Source of the DNA: Octopus bimaculoides
Taxonomy: Eukaryota
Assembly (NCBI RefSeq): GCF_001194135.2
Contig: NC_068995.1
Span: 9,698,387 to 9,736,748 of the forward strand
DNA: 38,362 nt
Direction: 5' to 3'
The notes under the pieces are model-generated. The model made no database searches, was not told the DNA's origin, and was given only the letters and a program-made list of their open reading frames with translations. Of this stretch, positions 33,967 through 38,362 are shown piece after piece (the stretch's first letter is position 1; each line of letters starts with the position of its first letter). The position numbers and the translations under genes were made by a program.

Positions 33967-34517
33967 GAATGATAGAGCAGTGCATGCCATCAAAGTGACA
34001 CGGAGGTAAAATATATGAAGCCCCTTATACCCATCATGACTACCCGTCTGATAAGGGTACACCAGGCACATGCATCACAACCATATGTGCGTGACATGGT
34101 GATCTCATATCAAGATAAACAGCGCATGACCTCACAGGTGGGGCCCAGTTAGAATTTTCTTCAGGTCGAGTAGCCCATCCTGCTCAAAAGGTCCCTGAAT
34201 AAGGTTTGTTTAAGGATGTTGAGCAAAACACCCATGTTTACAAAGGTGAATTATCCAAACTCCAAAGAATTCCTCTCAACACATGGCTATGATGCTCCTC
34301 CACCACTTCTGCTCGTGATCAGAGATGCACATATCGTCAGCCACCAAGGGACATGCTCAACTGGTTAAGGTCAAACAACTGACAAGCAAATCTGTGGTAT
34401 TGAGCAGAATATTTGCTCTAGCCCCATCTTTTATACCAAGACAAAACAGATTTACATGGTAACACTTCCAATCAGTTAAGATCAGAAGCCATGAGAGCCA
34501 CTTCCTGGTACTGCATT
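33967..34517 (-). mobile_element. Retroposon family D, about 550 bp, apparently full-length
   Basis: Three copies occur in the window; the minus-strand 3' end gcatgcactgctct is followed by (AAT)n. Confidence 0.88.
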
Positions 34518-34520
34518 TCA

Positions 34521-34728
34521 AAGGCAGTGAGATGGCTGAATCATTAGCATGCTGAACAAAATGCTTAGCGGTATTTTGCCCGTCGCTATCTTCTGAGTTC
34601 AAATTCTGCCGATGTCAACTTTACCTTTCATCCTTTCAGGTGTGTGTCTGGGGTGGGGTTTGATGAATTAAGTACCAGTGAAACACTGGGGTCGATAAAA
34701 TCGACTTATCCCCTTCTTCTAAATTGCT
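34521..34728 (+). mobile_element. SINE family E, second copy
   Basis: Matches 33709-33921; carries a small GT/G-rich insertion in the central motif. Confidence 0.82.
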
Positions 34729-34734
34729 ATGATT

Positions 34735-34805
34735 TAAGACAGTTGTATATGTGATTTGAAGGTCGTTTGGCTGTTGTTTTTAGCAGGTTGAGTGACGTTA
34801 TAGTC
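34735..34805 (-). mobile_element. Family G, more 5' part
   Basis: taagacag...gtgatttgaaggtcgtttggctgttgtttttagcaggttgag; compare 15160-15215. Confidence 0.5.
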
Positions 34806-34829
34806 TGTTAATGTATTGATTGGTGATAG

Positions 34830-35465
34830 TGACGTTGATGGTGTGTGTGTGTGTGTGTGTGTGTGTGTGGTGTTGGCTGTGTATGGGTGTGTGTGGTGTT
34901 GATAATGTATGTATAGCGTTTATAGTATGTGTGTGTGTATGTATTTGCTGTTGTGTGTTTCCCTGATGGTATATATATGTATATGTCTTTCAAATGGTAC
35001 GTATATATGCTTGGGTGTGTGTGTGTGTTTGCATGTGTGTCTGTGTGTCTTACTGATACCGTTGCTGTTGTTTTGATTGCTGCTGGCGTGTGGAAGTGTG
35101 TCACTGATATTGTTGATACCGTCTTGTGGTGGGGGTGAGGATGTCACGTGTTATCGTAGCGATGGTGATGGTAGTGTTGATGCTATGTCACAGCGGTGGT
35201 AGTGGTGGTGGTGGTGGTGGTGAAGTTAATACTATTTCACAATGTTGCTGTTGGTGATGGTAATGATAACGATGATGATGTCGAGGGTGGTGGTGTCAGT
35301 GCTGGTGGTGGTGGTGGTGGTAGTGGTGGTGGTGGTATTATATTCAAGGCAGTTGTGATGATACTGCTGTTGCAGCAAGCAATTTAGTTCATAGTACTGG
35401 TAATGGTGGTGGTGGTGGTGGTGGTGGTGGTGGTGGTGGTGGTGGTGGTGGTGGTGATGATGATG
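34830..35465. repeat. TG and GGT/GAT simple repeats
   Basis: Directly visible in sequence. Confidence 0.85.
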
Positions 35466-36064
35466 NNNNNNNNNNNNNNNNNNNNNNNNNNNNNNNNNNN
35501 NNNNNNNNNNNNNNNNNNNNNNNNNNNNNNNNNNNNNNNNNNNNNNNNNNNNNNNNNNNNNNNNNNNNNNNNNNNNNNNNNNNNNNNNNNNNNNNNNNNN
35601 NNNNNNNNNNNNNNNNNNNNNNNNNNNNNNNNNNNNNNNNNNNNNNNNNNNNNNNNNNNNNNNNNNNNNNNNNNNNNNNNNNNNNNNNNNNNNNNNNNNN
35701 NNNNNNNNNNNNNNNNNNNNNNNNNNNNNNNNNNNNNNNNNNNNNNNNNNNNNNNNNNNNNNNNNNNNNNNNNNNNNNNNNNNNNNNNNNNNNNNNNNNN
35801 NNNNNNNNNNNNNNNNNNNNNNNNNNNNNNNNNNNNNNNNNNNNNNNNNNNNNNNNNNNNNNNNNNNNNNNNNNNNNNNNNNNAGTTAGAATAGAGACAG
35901 CTGATGAAGGAATATTCCAAGTGGCTTTCTGTTTTCCTATGTGTTCGTTCCGTTGTCTGTAGTTCATTGTTCTAACGTCCTGTACCCTGATATGCATATA
36001 TATACACATGTAGATGTAAGTATGTACATATATGTGTGTATACATGTATATATATTCTTTGTAT

Positions 36065-36106
<42 letters not shown>

Positions 36107-36110
36107 TCAG

Positions 36111-36257
36111 TATATTAAGGCCTGTCACTACACATAAATGCCTTATGCTGTAAGGAATTCTTTAAGCCAAAACTACTTTAATAGATATACACGGAACCAA
36201 AAGCCGGGAAATATAACTTGGAAGTCGCCTCTACGTGTAGTAACAGCCCTTAATATA
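36111..36257. mobile_element. Tc1/mariner-like MITE, 147 bp
   Basis: tatattaaggcctgtcactacacata versus the reverse complement of the right end, tatattaagggctgttactacacgta (3 mismatches in 26); TA at both ends. Confidence 0.7.
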
Positions 36258-36611
36258 ACGAATGTGTTTATATTTAAAGGGAAAAATTATATATTTTGTA
36301 TTAGTTTTTTCCCCTTAATTGGTTTTTCATGCTGGCTACTTGATAAATTCTTGCGAAGGTTTTTATTCTTGTATTTAATATAAATAAATATAGATGTATG
36401 TACGTGTGGGATCTATTTAATTTGACGTACAGATGTTTTAATTAATTTTTTTTTAACTACAAATTGAATAGATCCCATGTCTGTGTGAGTGTGTGTATTT
36501 ACCAGTATGTATATATGTCTGTGTGTGTATGTGTTTGTGTCCACATGTGTATGTGTGAATATGTGTGGGTATATATATATATATATATATATATATGTGG
36601 GGGGGGAGGTG

Positions 36612-36652
<41 letters not shown>

Positions 36653-36782
36653 ATCAATATGTTTGTATGATGTATACACACGTTTATTCAAATCATTGTG
36701 CAAGCATCTATTTATGTATATATGTGTGTGTGTATCTATGTAAACACGTATTAAAACCACTGCGTATGCATGCGTGTGTGTA

Positions 36783-36892
36783 TATCAAAGACGAAAGACT
36801 GAAAAAATTTGGTATATCTATTAATTCCACGTTTTACATGTGACATGGAATTAAAGATATATCAAGACTTTTTTCAGTCTTCCGTTTTGATA
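36783..36892. other. About 50-bp-stem, 10-nt-loop fold-back
   Basis: 36783-36832 pairs with 36843-36892 with a few mismatches and bulges. Confidence 0.85.
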
Positions 36893-37149
36893 CGTAATTA
36901 TTCTGCAAACCGAGTTAAACGAAAATTTCAATTGCTATGTAAATCTCATTCAAAATAAAACATCTACAACACATATACGATTGGATTAATGTAAACATGC
37001 AGATGTGCTTCACAAGGACACAGCTTCGATTAAGCCTCATATATTCACTATATATATATATATATACAGACAGAGAGACCTGGGGTTGATATTTCTCGAC
37101 TAAAACCATTTAGGGCATTGCTCCAGCATGGCTGCATGTTAGCAATTTT

Positions 37150-37310
37150 TTTCATTTTGTCTTCCTTTTCTTTTGGACTTTCCTCTGTCTCCTGTCCCTG
37201 AAGAAGAGCTTTGCTCAAAATGTAAAACACCCTCTCTTCCCTTCTTTGAGCATCTTATTAATACTTTGCATGTACCGTATCCTTGCGTTGTTTTTGTTTT
37301 TTTGGATTAA
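37150..37310 (+). mobile_element. Repeat fragment with a decayed hammerhead-like core (possibly Penelope-like)
   Basis: ctgaaga-a-gagc-ttt-gctc-aaaat-gta at 37198-37224. Confidence 0.45.
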
Positions 37311-37365
37311 TGATATACACACACACACACACACACATATATAAATATATACACACACACACATA

Positions 37366-37401
<36 letters not shown>

Positions 37402-37492
37402 GGGAATTCTCAATCAATGTTTTGCTGGCAATTATAATCCCTGTCAGTGTATACAATTATGTGCATTGACTACAGCATTAGTGCATTTTAGC

Positions 37493-37888
37493 TCTTGGTG
37501 GCTGACGATATGTGCATCTCCAATCACGATAAGAAATAGTCGGGGAGCATCATAGCCATGTGTTGAGAAGAATTCTTTGGGGTTTGGATAATTCACCTTT
37601 GGAAACATGGGTGTTTCGTTCAACATCCTTAAACAAACCTTATTCAGAGACCTTTTGAGCGGGATGGGCTACTCGACCTGAAGAAAATTCTAACTGGGCC
37701 CCACCTGCAAGGTCATGCGCTGTTTATCTTGATATGAGATCACCATGTCGCGCACATGTGGTTGTGATGCATGTGCCTGGTGTACCCTTATCAGACAGGT
37801 AGTCATGATGGATATATTGGGCTTCGTATATTTGGACCCCAGTGTCACTTTGATGGCATGCACTGCTCTCTCACATCATAATAATAAT
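37493..37888 (+). mobile_element. Retroposon family D, 5'-truncated, with (AAT)n tail
   Basis: Reverse complement of 33967-34355. Confidence 0.88.
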
Positions 37889-37983
37889 GGTTTCAAATTT
37901 TAGCACAAGGCCTGAAATTCTGGAGGAGGGGATAAGTTGATTACGTTGACCCCATTGCTCAACAGGTACTTATTTTATAGACC
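37889..37983 (-). mobile_element. SINE family E, 3' fragment
   Basis: Minus strand reads aaaataagtacctgttgagcaatggggtcaacgtaatc...aatttcaggccttgtgc. Confidence 0.75.
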
Positions 37984-38007
37984 TAAATATTGTTTGTATA
38001 TACAGTA

Positions 38008-38179
38008 GTGCAGGCATGGTTGTGTGGTAAGAAGATTGCCTCTTAGCCGCATGGTTCCAGGTTCAGTTCCATTGCATGGCACCTTGGGCAAGTGTTTTCT
38101 ACTATAGCCTTAGGCCAACCAAAGCTTTGTGAATGGATTTGTTAGATGGAAACTGAAAGAAGCTTGTCGTATATATATT

Positions 38180-38226
<47 letters not shown>

Positions 38227-38362
38227 GTGTGTGTGAGTGTTTGTACCTGTGTTTCTCTCCCACCGCCACTTGACAACTGGTGTTGGTGTGTTTACATCCC
38301 TGTAACTTAGCGGCTTGGCATATGACACTGATAGAATAAGTACCAGGCTTTAAAAAAAAAAG
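38008..38362 (+). mobile_element. SINE family A, running off the window end
   Basis: Head, accttgggcaagt core, internal TG run and gatagaataagtacc are present. Confidence 0.85.

Noticed and set aside
34420-34517. 5S rRNA-derived head for family D (ctgatctt-aactgatt-ggaag; cttggt...gatgggcta on the minus strand)
   Set aside because: Only short patches resemble 5S and the spacing to the internal element and C box is off; it needs a formal alignment before any claim.
1960-35920. Long ORFs in the track that span N runs (gaps at about 2003-2432, 6398-6670, 10385-11241, 20373-20699, 23628-24003, 24987-25486, 28816-28905, 30716-31401 and 35466-35883)
   Set aside because: They are open only because Ns contain no stop codons.
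2509-36760. ORFs rich in CV/HT/YI, poly-H, poly-V, poly-D, poly-S or LSVC repeats
   Set aside because: They are translations of di-, tri- and tetranucleotide microsatellites, open in several frames on both strands.

Overview
This is eukaryotic, AT-rich, non-coding DNA (intronic or intergenic) from a gapped draft assembly with nine N-gaps. It is saturated with microsatellites and more than 40 short interspersed repeat copies. The copies fall into about 7 recurring families, given informal labels A-G here. Repeat content and microsatellite density strongly suggest a cephalopod, most likely Octopus; this is inference from recalled repeat types, not a database result. I found no supportable host protein-coding exon, rRNA, true tRNA or CRISPR array. 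Nearly all listed ORFs are artefacts of N-runs or simple repeats. The recognisable coding remnants are all transposon-derived: an RTE-clade LINE RT C-terminus (1434-1836), a Tc1 transposase C-terminus carrying the WPPQS-DLNPIENL motif (11335-11640), a mariner C-terminus inside a 229-bp MITE (19259-19487), and a two-finger C2H2 LINE-like tail (32777-33035). I cannot establish a new biological system. The best leads are two repeat families carrying hammerhead-ribozyme core motifs, a recurrent tail-to-tail junction between SINE families D and E, several long fold-back hairpins, closely spaced inverted SINE pairs, and a conserved-core/variable-G-rich-spacer array at 27990-28290.
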